NCBI GenBank assembly: GCA_003427395.1
Contig: BFEA01000035.1
Span: 1,185,379 to 1,249,378 of the forward strand
Source: Chara braunii
Lineage: Eukaryota; Plantae; Charophyceae
Length of the DNA stretch: 64,000 nt
Direction: 5' to 3'
Part shown: positions 50,831-63,969 of the stretch, piece by piece
How positions within the stretch are numbered: the stretch's first letter is position 1
How the letters are laid out: every line of letters starts with the position of its first letter
Notes under the pieces: model-generated
The model's input: the letters and a program-made list of their open reading frames with translations, nothing else
Told to the model about the DNA's origin: nothing
Database searches by the model: none
Made by a program: the position numbers and the translations under genes

Positions 50831-51825
50831 CCAGCCATGCAAAGGAACCTTCAGATGTGAAGATGAGTTTGGACCAACGCCCAGTCATTGGTTTGAGCAA
50901 TGACTCAGTGCAATCAAGCACGACTGGATTATCAAGGTCAGGGAATTCATGGAGGCGGGAGTGATAGCCACGCCCTTGGACTTGTACATTGAAAAGGAGT
51001 TGCAAAAAATTGCGAAGAGAAAGAGGGAAATCCTGGCCTCCGGCTTGGGAGTTAAAAAGTCAGCAGAAAGACGGGATGAGCAAGGGACTGAGCGAGATGG
51101 GATATATGATAGCAAAAGGGACTAGATGTTACCAACATTGAACAGAAACTGTGCTTTTCTTTTGCAAATTTGGAATGACAAAGTTTGGATGGTATGAGTG
51201 AGCTTGCTGTGAATGATCGATATAAGGACTAGCTAGAACTGTGTCACGATGAGTTAGAACATAGCATTTTGAAGCTACATCCTGGATGAGCTACCTTCGA
51301 AAGAGTATATGCAAAATAATGACGCGGGGTATGGGATGAGACTGGTTGGGATGGTTGTATTGTGAGCTTTGGATGGAATAAAGATTGTGCTTTTGAGAGG
51401 AAACCGTGAGTTCGGATTGATAAGCAAGGCAAGGCATCAAGTGTTGGTCGAATACAAGAGAGGTTAGGGAACCTATAGGTAAAGAGGCGTGAACACACCT
51501 CTTCCCTAGGAGCCTAATCCAACTGGGTCCTAAGTGAGTCTGAAAATAGCCGAGAGCTGAGAGGCCAGAAAAAGTGAAAATAGAGGGGGTGCCCCTGTCC
51601 TTCGCTATGGTTGAACGGTCGGGTGGGCTAGTGCTGCTTGGGGTTGCAGGCCCCAAATCGAGCACTAGACGCTAAGTCGGATGTATACATTAATAATAAA
51701 TGGTATTGAGAAAGGACGAAGGAAACCGCACGCATAAAACTGCAAAAGATGGTCACCTTCTAACCCCCGGGACAAAGATGGGATCCGTGTCCTCGAGGCC
51801 CACCTCCTCAAGCGCTAACATTGGG

Positions 51826-51997
51826 ATGGATAAGGACAACACTGATAAGGCCGTTCGACTGGAATGGATAAGGATGACCCTTACAAGGTCGTTCGACTGG
51901 AATGGATAAGGACGGCCCTGACCAGGTCGTTCGATTGAGATGGGAAAGAGCGACCCTAACCAGGTTGTTCGGAATGGCCCCTGACAAGGGTCATTCT
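51826..51997. repeat. ~40-bp tandem units, each containing a hairpin
   Basis: GATGACCCT-TACA-AGGTCGTT, GACGGCCCT-GACC-AGGTCGTT, GCGACCCT-AACC-AGGTTGTT, GAATGGCCCC-TGAC-AAGGGTCATTC. Confidence 0.75.
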
Positions 51998-52188
51998 TTG
52001 AAATTGTTACTAGGGTCCCCTTGCATGGCTGCTTGAGAAAGGATGAGTTGGAAGGATCTGGAATCCACGTTGAGGAATTGCTTAAGGATTGAGGATTGCA
52101 TTGCATATCAGGGGGCCTTAGGCGGATTGAAAAATACATAGAAATTGCATGGGAAGATTTTTTTTTTCTTTTAGTCTCAGGCCTCAGC

Positions 52189-52198
52189 AGGAGGGGGA
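52189..52198 (+). promoter_or_regulatory. Candidate polypurine tract of the plus-strand Gypsy
   Basis: AGGAGGGGGA downstream of pol; the following LTR boundary is not confirmed. Confidence 0.35.
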
Positions 52199-53082
52199 TA
52201 GCAGTGCATACACAGTGACCTCAGAACCTCTACCCGTCAAGGGAAAAGTCTCAGCGCGACCTATTTCCTCATAAGGAAGGATAAGGGTTTAAGAACCCAG
52301 ACATTTTTCTCTTTGACAGGTGCTCGTCGTCCAGAACTAACTCCGACAAAGAGCTCTAGTCAAGGAGTTCAAACTGCGTCTCATGTTGAGAACCTAAATG
52401 TCAAGGGTGTGGAGCCAAACGGGCGTGGAGCCATTTTTTTTCTAAGTCACATTTGCTCTCCCCAACCACACGTCATACCGTAGAGGGGCTGCGTGGCCGC
52501 TTGGGATGGACCAAGGCTGCTCGCATTAAGTGAGCGGCACTGTCCAAAGGGAGGGGTCAGGCACGGTACCAGGTGAAGTCTACACCCACCACAGGGCGAG
52601 TGACACCGCCCTGCCGGATCATTACAACCATTTCGGGACTAACCGTGAGGTCTTCGTAACTGCACTCGCAGACTAATAGAGAGCCCAAACTCTCTTGAAA
52701 GGAAGAGGCCGGATCCAAGAAAATACCACTTGGGAGGAACGATTCGCGAGAGGGCCACTTGTGGTATGATGGGGTCCTGGGAGGCGTGGACTGGACCCGC
52801 CTAATAGATGCGAGGAGGCACCTCAATGACGATGCCCATTTCCAAAGAAGTGACCGTCGGACTAGAGTAAAGGATGAGGTGAGTTATCAGCGGGGGAGGA
52901 CTGATCACCCTTCTTTTTTGGGGCTGATGGGCCGACATCCATCTACTTAGTTGGCAGGGCAAGATCTGCGTACCTCCCAGTGAGAACCAGTCGTGCGATG
53001 GGGACATCACATTTTGAGTGGGGGGAAGGTGTGTCATCTACCAATGAAAAAGCGTGCAAAAGGATAAGGTTATCATCAGTTC

Positions 53083-53760
53083 GAGAAAGACATGTGTAAT
53101 TGACTTTGCATGGGCTTGAGAAAAGTCTAACAAGATGTCTAGAAGAAAAAGGCATGTGTAATTGATTTTGCGTGGGCTTGAAAAATATCTGGCAAGATGT
53201 CCAGAAGAGAAAGATATGTGTAATTGACTTTGTGTGGGCTTGAGAAAGGCCTGAAAAGATATCCAGAAGAGAAAGGCATGTGTAATTGACTTTACGTGGG
53301 TTTGAGAAAGGTCTGGCAAGATGTCCAGAAGAGAAAGGCATGTGTAATTGACTTTGCGTGGGCTTGAGAAAGGCCTGGCAAGATGTCCAGAAGAGAAAGG
53401 CATGTGTAATTGACTTTGCGTGGGCTTGNNNNNNNNNNNNNNNNNNNNNNNNNNNNNNNNNNNNNNNNNNNNNNNNNNNNNNNNNNNNNNNNNTCCAGAA
53501 GATAAAGGCATGTGTAATTGACTTTGCGTGGGCTTGAGAAAGGCCTGGCAAGATGTCCAGAAGAGAAAGGCATGTGTAATTGACTTTGTGTAGGCTTGAG
53601 AAAGGCTTGGCAAGGTGTCCAGAAGAGAAAGACATGTGTAATTGACTTTGCGGGAACTTGAGAAATGTCTGGCAAGATGACCAGAAGAGAAAGGAATGCG
53701 TAATTGATTTTGCTTGGGCTTGAGAAAAGCCTGGCAAGATGGCCAGAAGAGAGATGCATA
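53083..53760. repeat. 62-bp tandem repeat (~11 copies)
   Basis: CATGTGTAATTGACTTTGCGTGGGCTTGAGAAAGGCCTGGCAAGATGTCCAGAAGAGAAAGG at 53091, 53153, 53277, 53339, 53401 etc. Confidence 0.95.
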
Positions 53761-55279
53761 TGAAATGGATTGTGCAACATGCACGTAAAATTGATTGAGT
53801 TTGGGCGCAAGAAAGGTCTGATGAAGGAGACATGCATGTGAAATAGGCAGGACTAGAGAAAAACCTGGCAAAATGACCTGGAAGAAATGCATGTAAATCT
53901 GGCTGAGCATGAGATTGAGGAAAGGAAAGCAGATCGGTAAATGGCGGTGTGTAGTGGGAGGTAGGAAGAAGGCGTGCCCGAGGATATGGTGGTGAACGGA
54001 GAAGGAGGACGGTGAGGTCGTCGATCTCACCCGTTTTTGTATGAAAACGGCCAAGGAGAGACATACTGTGGGGGTTTTGTGGTAGGGCGAGTGTACTAGT
54101 GAAGTTAGTTTCAGTGCTAGACTAGTAGAAAGAGAGATTAGCAGGAAAAGGGTTGCGTAGAGGTAAACGAAGGAGAAGTAAAGGGAAGCGAACAGTTCGC
54201 CCGATTCTCAACGGAACCGGACAGACCAAGACTCATTTTCGTAGTTTCTGACCAGGGCGAATCGATTGGTGGAGTTGGATTTAGGAGTGGAGGGTTAGTT
54301 TTCGAACTATGAGAAAGGGAGTTGCGACGGGAAAGTGTTTTGAGTCTACGTAAACATACAATGCATCTTCCCGCTTTTAAAGGAAGATTCATTCGTTGTA
54401 TAACTGGAAGAGCGCATGAGCGGAGTAGTTTTCTTCTCAAACGCGCCACTTTGTTCGCAGCTATCGTTTCCTCGCTGTAGTCAGTCTGTGATCATAGTAG
54501 GTGTGGCATCCGCACCTTCGTCAGGGCGGCCTTCACTACCTGGGTGAATCTAGCCGCAAGTGGGACCGGAAACCGGTCCGAGAGGGGGGTGAATAAGGGA
54601 TGAAAGTGGAATACGGGAGGTAAAGGGGAAGAATAAAGAAACAGGGAGGGAAAGGAGTAATAGTGACCAGGCTTACCTGGTGTTGGCGATCCTGTCCGAT
54701 ATCTTTGCGTATCTTCCCGCGCTCCTGCGGAAGATTCCTTTTGAATCTGCTCACAGAGACGATCGAGGTAGCGAGGAGCGGAGCAGCGAAGAAGCGTGTC
54801 GTGGGAAGGTGACTTACCTGTTAATTGAGGCACACCTGCAGTCCGAGAAGCCAGATTCTGCAACAGCAGTCGTTTTTTGGTTGTTTTTGTCTGGTTAAAG
54901 TCTGATGATGCCGAGCTGTTGAGTTTATTGAATTCCGGTTTACTGGGCTGCTATTAGTGAGTCACGGGGTAACAGAGTTCTTGCTAGTATGACTGCGCAA
55001 GCTACCGTTCATTATTTTTTTTTGTTGCGAAGCAATTACGACTCTGCGTGCAGCTGAAGCCCACTGCTGTGACTGTTGTGTTCACTGTGGTTACTGTGCA
55101 TAGCCAACCTGATTGTGCCTCCCGATGTGTTTAGCCCCGTCACCTGTCCAAGTTGTATAACTACGTCTTAGCCAATGATCAGGGAGACAACAGGCGGTGT
55201 CTTGACCTGGGTTGACCAAGACACGACACATTTCGGTCACCATTACGAGGTCTGAGGCATATCACGACATCAAAGCTTG

Positions 55280-57980
55280 TTGGGGTGAACAGACAGCAGT
55301 GGGGCCTCTGTTACGGTCTGAGGAGTTGTTGAAAGGCCGATATTCTATGGTTTGGTTTCAGACTGGTCGGCTGCAGCACATTTGACCGCCATTGCGGAGC
55401 CCTCAGGCGATTGAAGGTATCAAGGTCCTCTCCTGGGAGTTGAGTTGTCCCCCTCCTGTATCTCGAGAGTCTGAAGCCCCTCCATCTGCCCTTCTTACTC
55501 TAAGTCTAATCCTGTTCTGAGAGGAAGGCGGCAGGCGGGATTGCAACCCGTAGGACCGCAACAAGACTCTGTGGGGAGTCAACCCACCGATTGCGGGAAC
55601 TCTGTCGGAACCTAGGCGAGGTTCTGGAGGCAGGGAACTGAGAGGTAACTATTGTTTTCCTTCTATAAACCCAGTTATAACCCTTATTTGTATTCCTTGT
55701 TATGTTTTGACTACGTATATTGCCTGCATCCCTACTTTGACTTTTGGTTTGACTTTCAAGACATGATTCAGACTAAGTAAAAGAATGTATGCGCAATGTC
55801 AGTTTCGGTTTTATTGTTTGACTGAAAGCAAATTGTGGGGTTGCCTCTGAGGGAAGGACGGGAGGAAGGCAGTATTGCTTGTTTGACTGGGTCTATCAAA
55901 GGCTGGGCAATTCTCCATAAGTTTGGGGAGGCTCAGTGCTATGTTTATTTTTGAATTGCCTGGAGAACCAGACATGTTCCATAAGTTTGGGTGGTCTGGT
56001 TGCTCTGACTTGTGAGGGCTGACTGTGATTGACTTTTCAGGGACCAAGCATGTTCCATAAGTTTGGGTGGTTTGGTCGTCTTATTTACTTTGAGTTTTAT
56101 CTCAGTTTCTTTTTGTTCTGAACGAGGAGGTCTGAGCATGTTTCATAAGTTTGGGTGGCTCATCCTCTTCCTGCTTTGGTTTTAAGAGAAATGAATCAGG
56201 TCGAGGACCAAGACATGTTTCAAAAGTTTGGGTGGTCTTGGTCCAACGCCACGCACATGCTGGAACCAGAAGGCTATAACTTGATTATACCTTATTACTA
56301 TCCTACTTATGAACTAGCTAGTAAGACAGGGTTCCATAAGTTTGGGTGGTTTAACTATAGCATATCACCAACTGAAGAGAGTACTAATTAAGAATAAACC
56401 TGTGGTACGAAGGGGCAGACTGAATCTTGAGCTAAAGATGATCGGTTCAGTTAAATGTTACCTTAAAATACTAAGTGAAAATAATTATATAAAACTTGGA
56501 TACTTAAACAGTTCAGGGCGACTAGGGTGACCTAGTCATATGCCCAAAGAAGAGAAAAGTTGTTGTGCCTTGTGTTTGTGTATACTTCATGGTTAAGCTA
56601 TACATGTTCCATAAGTTTGGGTGGTCTAGCTTTATGCCCTATGTAAGCTGGGTAAAAGGGGATAAATCATTGAAAGAATATGAACTATTGTTTGATAAGG
56701 TTGACTTTGGGTTGGTGAGAGTACTTACCTTTGTGGTTTGGTCTGCATGTGACTGAGTAAGACTACTACTTAGTCTGAGTTTCTGTTTGATAGGTAGTTG
56801 CTTTAGTCGCTCCCCACGTGCTAGAGCCATATGAGTTAGTTTCAGTTCCAACATTTTCTGAGCTAAGTTTATTTTTACTTAGGTCGATTTTTGCATTTTC
56901 TGGGATCATTTATTATACTTAGTCTTTTATAAATCTTAGTAAGTCACTTTCTTTACGGGAAGCGCTGCCGAAATTTTTACAAAACCAAGGAGTTAGTCGA
57001 ATTTTGTCTTTTTTATGGTCCAGTTTTTCTGACTTTTTGGCTTAGTAAAAATCTAGAAAACCTCATTTTCTAAATGCAGTGCTACCAAAATTTTTGCTAA
57101 TTCAGGGAGTTAAACAAAATTGGACCTTGAGAAGTCAAAGTCATTTTAAGATCCTGAACTTAACTTTGTATAAATCTTGGAATAACACTTTCTCTACGGG
57201 AAGCGCTGCTGAAATTTCTGCAAATCTAAGGGGTCAGTTAAGCTTTGTCTTAAAGACGAAATCAAGTCTAACCTCTGAGTTCCTATCTGACTTAGTATAA
57301 ATCTGGGAAGCCCACCTTTCTAAAGGAGATGCTGCCCAAATTTTTACTAATTCAGGGAGTTAGACAAATTTTGACTTTCCTGAATTAAAGTTTGATTTTT
57401 GTTTTCATATTTGAGGTAGTATAAATTATTTTGGCAGGTGGCGAAACGCTGCCGAAATTTTCTTAGTTTAGAGGGGTTATATTATATTTTGACAGGTGGT
57501 AATTTTGGCAATTCACTTTGTATAGAGAAGATTCATCCAAAGGTCTACTTTTCCATCAGACACTAACTTAGGGGTACACTCGGGATTAGTTAAGTAATGA
57601 TTCTTGGTGAAATCGTGATATGAAGATTACTCAGGTGGCGAAACGCTGCCGAATTTTTCTTAGTTTAGAGGGGTTATATTATATTTTGACAGGTGGTAAT
57701 TCTGGCAATTCACTTTGTACAGAGAAGATTCATCCAAAGGTCTACTTTTCCATCAGACACTGACTTAGGGGTAGACTCAGGATTAGTTAAGTAATGATTC
57801 TTGGTGAAATCGTGATATGAAAATTACTCTCGATTTGGACTCATAGATTTAGCTTGGGATTGGCCTGTCTTGTGTTACAAGTCCCCTTAGACGTTTGATT
57901 CGAAATCAGGACTAGATTCAGCTAATCCTACAAGGATCACCTTCTGTTATCACGAATAACAGGTCGGTTACCGACTCGTC
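55280..57980 (-). mobile_element. Second, diverged copy of the Gypsy LTR end, leader and gag start
   Basis: Collinear homology to 8480-8990 and 11040-12965, including both hairpin arrays and the CTTCTGTTATC...AATAACA.GTCGGTT junction. Confidence 0.8.
57435..57830. repeat. Near-identical 197-bp tandem duplication
   Basis: CAGGTGGCGAAACGCTGCCGAA... at 57435 and 57632. Confidence 0.92.
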
Positions 57981-58009
57981 GGTCTACGAATGAACTCCAG
58001 TTCATTCTC

Positions 58010-61000
58010 AATACAAGGGAGCAAGGAGGACAATGAAAAAGACCCGGCTAGGGAGCAGGGGAAGGGGGAACGAAGCAAAGAGGGGCAACTGCCCAATCAG
58101 AGGGGGAGTCAGCAAATACAGGCAGGAGGGGGGGGGGAGAGGAGGAGTCTAGCGACTTGGACCCCTTAAGGGAGGCCTTTGGCCCCACCCCGATGGACGT
58201 AGGACCATCTCCCCTCCCCCCCCACCCCCCCTCCNNNNNNNNNNNNNNNNNNNNNNNNNNNNNNNNNNNNNNNNNNNNNNNNNNNNNNNNNNNNNNNNNN
58301 NNNNNNNNNNNNNNNNNNNNNNACCCAACAGGACCAGCACATCCCGATCAAACAAAAGTTGATCCAGCTCGCGGGCTAGCTACTAAGTAGTCTAAAAGAC
58401 AGATACGGTACGGAGTCAAATGAGTTTTGGGATGCAACGTACCTGTGTATCTTCCCTATCCTTTATGGAAGTCTCAACTTCAAGAAAGTAATGACGGAAG
58501 GACTGCCCCCGGGCTTGCACTGGCCAAATGTGGGCACTTGAGTTTTAGACATAGTGGCGGAACTCCTGCCACCTCCACACCCCAAAACAGGGAACCAGGA
58601 AGTAAGGACCGAAAAGAAGGAAAGCTCATAAGGGCTACAGAAGGGAGAAGGGAGCAGAAAAGGGCAGGAGTCAGCCACACAGGCGGAAGCACAGACTGTG
58701 GCCCACAATCTGGGGTAGGGTGCACCGGCAGCAGAAGGAGGGCAATCAGTCATAAGTGGCAACCCCCCCCCCCCCGGACGACCACAGACCGGACACAGGC
58801 CTGCCCTAGGAGAATGAGCCAACCAAAACACGACGTCTGCAACAATGTCTGAAACAAGGAGACGAGGTAGGGAAGATAGGGGCAGAAGGAGTACCCCCTT
58901 GTTCCGGTGAGAAAAAAAAAAGGCATATGGGAGGTGGCTCTGTGCCCATCAGGAAGGGGGCACCAAGGAGGCCTGGGAGGGGCCACTTTGAAAGGATGGT
59001 CCTCTTGTAACGACTACGACTTCGAAGGGGAAAAGGCGTTACAGTTAGACGTGGACAGATTCGTAGAATCACAGTTTGGGCCAAAGGCAGAAGCCAAATG
59101 GATAGTCGGAGGGGGAACAACGCACATGGCAAAGAATAGCATTCGCTCGGTTCAGCGACTGCAAGGAGGCGGGTCTGATCTGGCTCTCCCATACCGAACT
59201 ACTCGAGGTGCATCAAACAAGAATCAGGAACAGTCCCCTAGGGAGGGCCGCTGATCCTAAGACACAACCTCCTACAAGACACCTCCTTACCGAACTACTG
59301 GAGGTGCATCAAACAAGAATAAGGGACAATCCCCTCGGGAGGGTCGGTGATCCTACGACATAACCTCCTACAGAACACCTCCTTACTGAACACCGTAAAC
59401 TTGGTAAAATTTAACGGCCATGGACAACTTTGAACCTGGGAAGGGCTGCAAAAATGCAAGGCGTTGCTGGAGCAAATCAGAGGGGTGGGAGGGACACATT
59501 GGCCGGACCTTATATGCATCCAGGAAACTCATCTCACTAACTCCCCAGAGCATAACAGGGCGCATAACCAGGCCTGACCCTTTCAAAAACTTACAGCCTA
59601 TGCGCCAACGCCAGGCTCGACAGGGTTGGCGATTTGGATCCCCCTTGACTCCCGGGCGGATGTCATCCATTCAACAGTAGGTGCTAGGGAGCGGAGATGG
59701 GTGACCGTCCTCCTCATGCTGGAAATAGAGGTGGTCTGTGTAGTCTGTGTGTATGGTCCCAACGAGCGAGAGCACCGCAAAACCTTCTTCGAACACATTC
59801 GGGCCTAACTTTCATACGACAGTCTCACGATCATCACAGGAGATTTCAACGCAGCACCTGATCGCAGCCTAGATAGGGGGAAAATTCTCACCCCATGCCC
59901 GACCTATATTGAGGAGGATGAAGGGATAATTCGCAAACTCTGTGAGGCGGAGCATCTATACGACTAATTCCGGCTCATGCACCCGCAGAGAAGACTCTTC
60001 ACTTGTATACGTAACAGCGGCGTACCGTACCAATCCAGATCTAGGATAGACCTCATTCTTATGGCTGAAGACTTGGACAGAGCACTACAAGCCGCGACCA
60101 TCTTCCTGCAAAGCCAATGGCCGAGGGCGGACCACAAAATGTGTGCAGTGCTACTTAAATTCTGCAAAAAGCCGGATCAAGGCAAATGTTTCTACAAACT
60201 CAACACATCCTTACTTAAACTGCAACAGTTTCAAAGGTCCCTCAGAGACGTATGGGATTACTAGCATACCATACGAGACCAACACGACTCACAAATTGTA
60301 TGGCTCAACAATGGACTGTCATTCTCAGCTAGAAAATGCAACGAATTTTTGAAATTAAGAGCTAGAGAAAAATACGCACAGAAAATTGACATTCAAGATA
60401 AAATACGGAACTTTGAACTCGAACAATCATTGTACCAACACTACTAAATTGAATGCACCAAATACAAAGATTTAAGGAGCAACACCTTAAATTTGCACAA
60501 GAAAGGTAGCAGGGATACATCATCAGAGGAAAAATAATGAAACACTCCGTAGAAGGACAAATGGATGCAAGATTCTTTGCGCTGGCCCGGACGAGGGCTA
60601 GAAGATCCGTCATAGAAGGTCTATACGACACAACCAAAATGTCGGAGGTTACCTCATACTCATCAGTCCACAGCCTAAGAGTCACGAGAGACTTTTACAA
60701 AGATTTTTTGGCCTCCAACCTGACGAGGGAACCAGAACCTGCAAGGGAATGTGATATTGATGAATTTGTAGCCCCTCTCACAAAAAAGATATCACACGAA
60801 CAACACAAGCCTCTGGAAAAACCACTACGAAAAGAGGAAATATGGAATTCCCTCCTACATATGGAAAAAGACAAAACCTCGGGGATAGATTGACTACCTA
60901 AAGAATTCTCGGAGGAAATGTGGTCCCCCATCTGATGGAATACTACAGGCAAGTAAAGGCATCGGGAGATATGGGGGAATTTGCAGGCCAAGGCATCCTC

Positions 61001-62796
61001 ACCCTGCTGTACAAAAAAAGTGACAAAACAAACATAAAAAACTATCAATCAATCACCCTTCTTACAGTGGTATAAAAGCTCGTGGCTAAGGCACTGGCCA
61101 ATAGGATGATCCCTGTTTTGGACGAGATAATCCACCCTGGATAGATCGGGTTCATGCGCAACAGGAACATCCAGAATAACGTGCTATTGGTCAATGAATT
61201 GATCAAACTAGCAAGACAATCGAACCAAAATGCAGTAATATTGTTTATTGATTTTGAAAAAACTTACGACCATGTGGACTGGAGATTCCTAGATAAGTGC
61301 CTACAGAAAGTGAACTTCGGACCAGAATTTCGGGACTGGATTGGGATTCTCCACCACAACGCAACAACACGAGTACAAGTGAATGATCTGCTTGCGTCGG
61401 AAATCAGATTGCAACGTTCTGTGCGGCAGGGAGATCCTATAGCCCCCTTCCTCTTCACCATAGTAATGGAAGCTTTGGGGGCCAATTTGAGAAAAAACAA
61501 GAAAATCTTCAAACTTCGTCTAGCGGGCATCCCAGAGGAAGCCATACCCATCTACTTGATGTTCGCCGACGACTTGACAATAGTAACAGATGCCACCCAA
61601 AGCAATATGGCAGAAATCTGAACCCTGATGGCACGTTTCACCCAGGTGTTAGACATGACCGTCGATTGGGGTAGCAAAACTCAGGGCTGGTGAATCCATT
61701 ATCATGGGGTTCGCCCCCCCGGAACAGCCCAAAGTGGACTGGAGACCTCTATAGGAGCAGATTCGCGTGCTGGGGGTGACACTATCAGTGCAGGGACCAC
61801 CAAAAGGGAATGATGAATGGATCACTAGAACAACACTAGAAAAAACACAAAAGAGGAAAAACAAAAGCACATTCATTTTTGGGAGGGCACTAATTATTAA
61901 TAACGAGGTGTTGGCAGCTATCTGGTATAAGTCGGCCCTCTGGCACCCTGGTAAGAGTAGTGTCAAAACCCTCAAAAAACAACTTGCGGCCTTCCTCTGG
62001 AGTGGGGACTCAAACTAGCAACACGTGATAAGCTGAGTGGCTTGGGATACATTGATCCAGCCTAAAACGAAGGGAGGAATGTGATTGTTGGATCGCTCTC
62101 TGCAAGCTACGACATTGTCAATCCAATGGGTGAAAAGACTAATCATGGGCATAACCCCCCCATGGTGGAATCTGGCCAGGGAACAGATCTGTAGGCTGAC
62201 CCCAAGAGCCACCCCAAGAGTAGACCCGCTGACCTGGATTGAGGACCGGTATTGGTCCATTCCCTGAGCCAATTCACATTCACGAGAGGAAGGAGATAGA
62301 GGAGCAACAAGACAAGATCTAACAAAGGACAAATTTTGGGTCAACCTTATTAAGATTTGGAGAAGGCTGCTGATCCTTGACAAGCCCCCCCCCCCAAACA
62401 GATGAAAGATGTCATGCGCCAGCCCCTGTCTGGGAACAGAGCCATTACAGATAGACAAGGCTGGGTTTTTGGCAGCTCGGACCCTTAATGGGCTACGTGG
62501 GTTAGAAATGGGGTTCTCCGAGTAGAGCATATATTAGACGAGGCAACCAAAGACTGAAAAACAGTCCAACAACTAAGACCCTGTCTACGACACGTCCGCA
62601 ATCTCGCAGACAGATTGGAACAACCAATATTCTCCATACCCTTAGCCTGGGTGGTAATCATGAGAAAAGGACGGTCCTTGCAGGAACAAGACTGGGTGGC
62701 AGTCGTAGCGGAGGACTTCCCCCTGCAAATAGGGTGCGTGATAGAGGTGAGAATTGAAGGAGCTATGATGAATCTATTTGAAAGAGAAAAGGATGA
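58010..62796 (+). mobile_element. Decayed L1/Tx1 LINE (ORF1 remnant, APE, RT), 3' end cut off by a repeat
   Basis: VYGPNE, TGDFN, SRIDLIL, RADHKMC, FIDFEKTYDHVDW, RQGDPIAP, MFADD, FGRALIINN; many stops. Confidence 0.92.
59193..59392. repeat. ~97-bp tandem duplication in the LINE
   Basis: CCGAACTACT.GAGGTGCATCAAACAAGAAT...ACACCTCCTTAC twice. Confidence 0.85.
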
Positions 62797-63969
62797 CCCA
62801 CCCCCATCCATCTCAAAGCACTAGGTGTGGGTGACCCTGTGACGAATGATCCGCGCCCTGAGCATGAGTGTGGGCGGGCCGAGCCAACTAGGACCCGCAG
62901 TGGGGTCGACACAGGCTCGAAAGTCTAACGGGGTTTAGCCCTACACCGTCAACCTAGTGAGTTTTACTTTTTGCCTGGTCCGACCTCTCACCCACTATCT
63001 TGGTTGTGTTCGCAGACAACTGCTCCTTCCAATACTCGAGCAGTCCAGGGGTTCTTTGAGGGTTTCTCTTCTCTTGTGCGCAGGCTAAGCGTCATCCTTA
63101 GGCCACTCACCATTCCCCTAACACAACAGTCTTGTGGCCGCATCGGGGCGTGGCAGTGTCGTCTTCCCCCTTTGCCCCTATGCACTTTGGTGATCAACAC
63201 ATTCCATTTGTGGCTTTGTTGTCTGCCCCTTAGTCCTTTCGGGGCTTTCGTCCGCATACAAGGGCTACTTCATATTTCAACCATTCAAACTTCAGTTCGC
63301 TCTCAATCCGCACTCTAAGTCTTATGCACAAAGGCCCCATTCATAGGTAGAGTTTACACGAAGGCCCCTTGGCCCTTTGCCCTTTCCCACTTCTTTGGCG
63401 CTTGGCCTACCTGGCCCAGTCTCGTTGAAGACATCCCAATGTTACTCACTTGCACAATCAAACGCAGATGCAAAGACCAATACAATCCCTCATTTGGGGT
63501 CAACACATAGCCCTTCCCACATGCCTAAGCTTTCTTCTCGTCTTTGGGTTCCGTCCCATTACTTTTACTTCACCCATTCAATCCATCCTCTTCTCATAGT
63601 CATGCAGTCCGGGTTCTGGTTGAGTCAACCGACCTTCCTTTCAATCACCAATCTCTTTTCTTTAGTCCTCTTTGGACCAGTCCACTTTCGATCTCACAGC
63701 GTTTTTATGCTCACCGCTCTCAAGTGTTTCCTTCTCTTCTTTCCTTCTCGGTGGCACAAGGGACCGGTTGCCCTCCCCTTGCCCTCTTTCTCCACCAAGT
63801 GAGGTCAACTTCCTTTCACTGTTCGTCCCCTAGCAATGTGACAAGTGGGTGGGAGAGGTTAGTCGCACGCCAATAGGGAAGGGGTAAGGGTTATGCTTGG
63901 GATGGTGGAGGTAGAGGGGAGGGAGAACCTAAGGAACAGACGGGGAAGATGGAGAGATGGAGAACTTAG

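Noticed and set aside
8480-57980. 8480-12965 and 55280-57980 as the two LTRs of one giant element
   Set aside because: Too diverged, with different loop consensus; they are better explained as leaders of two sister elements.
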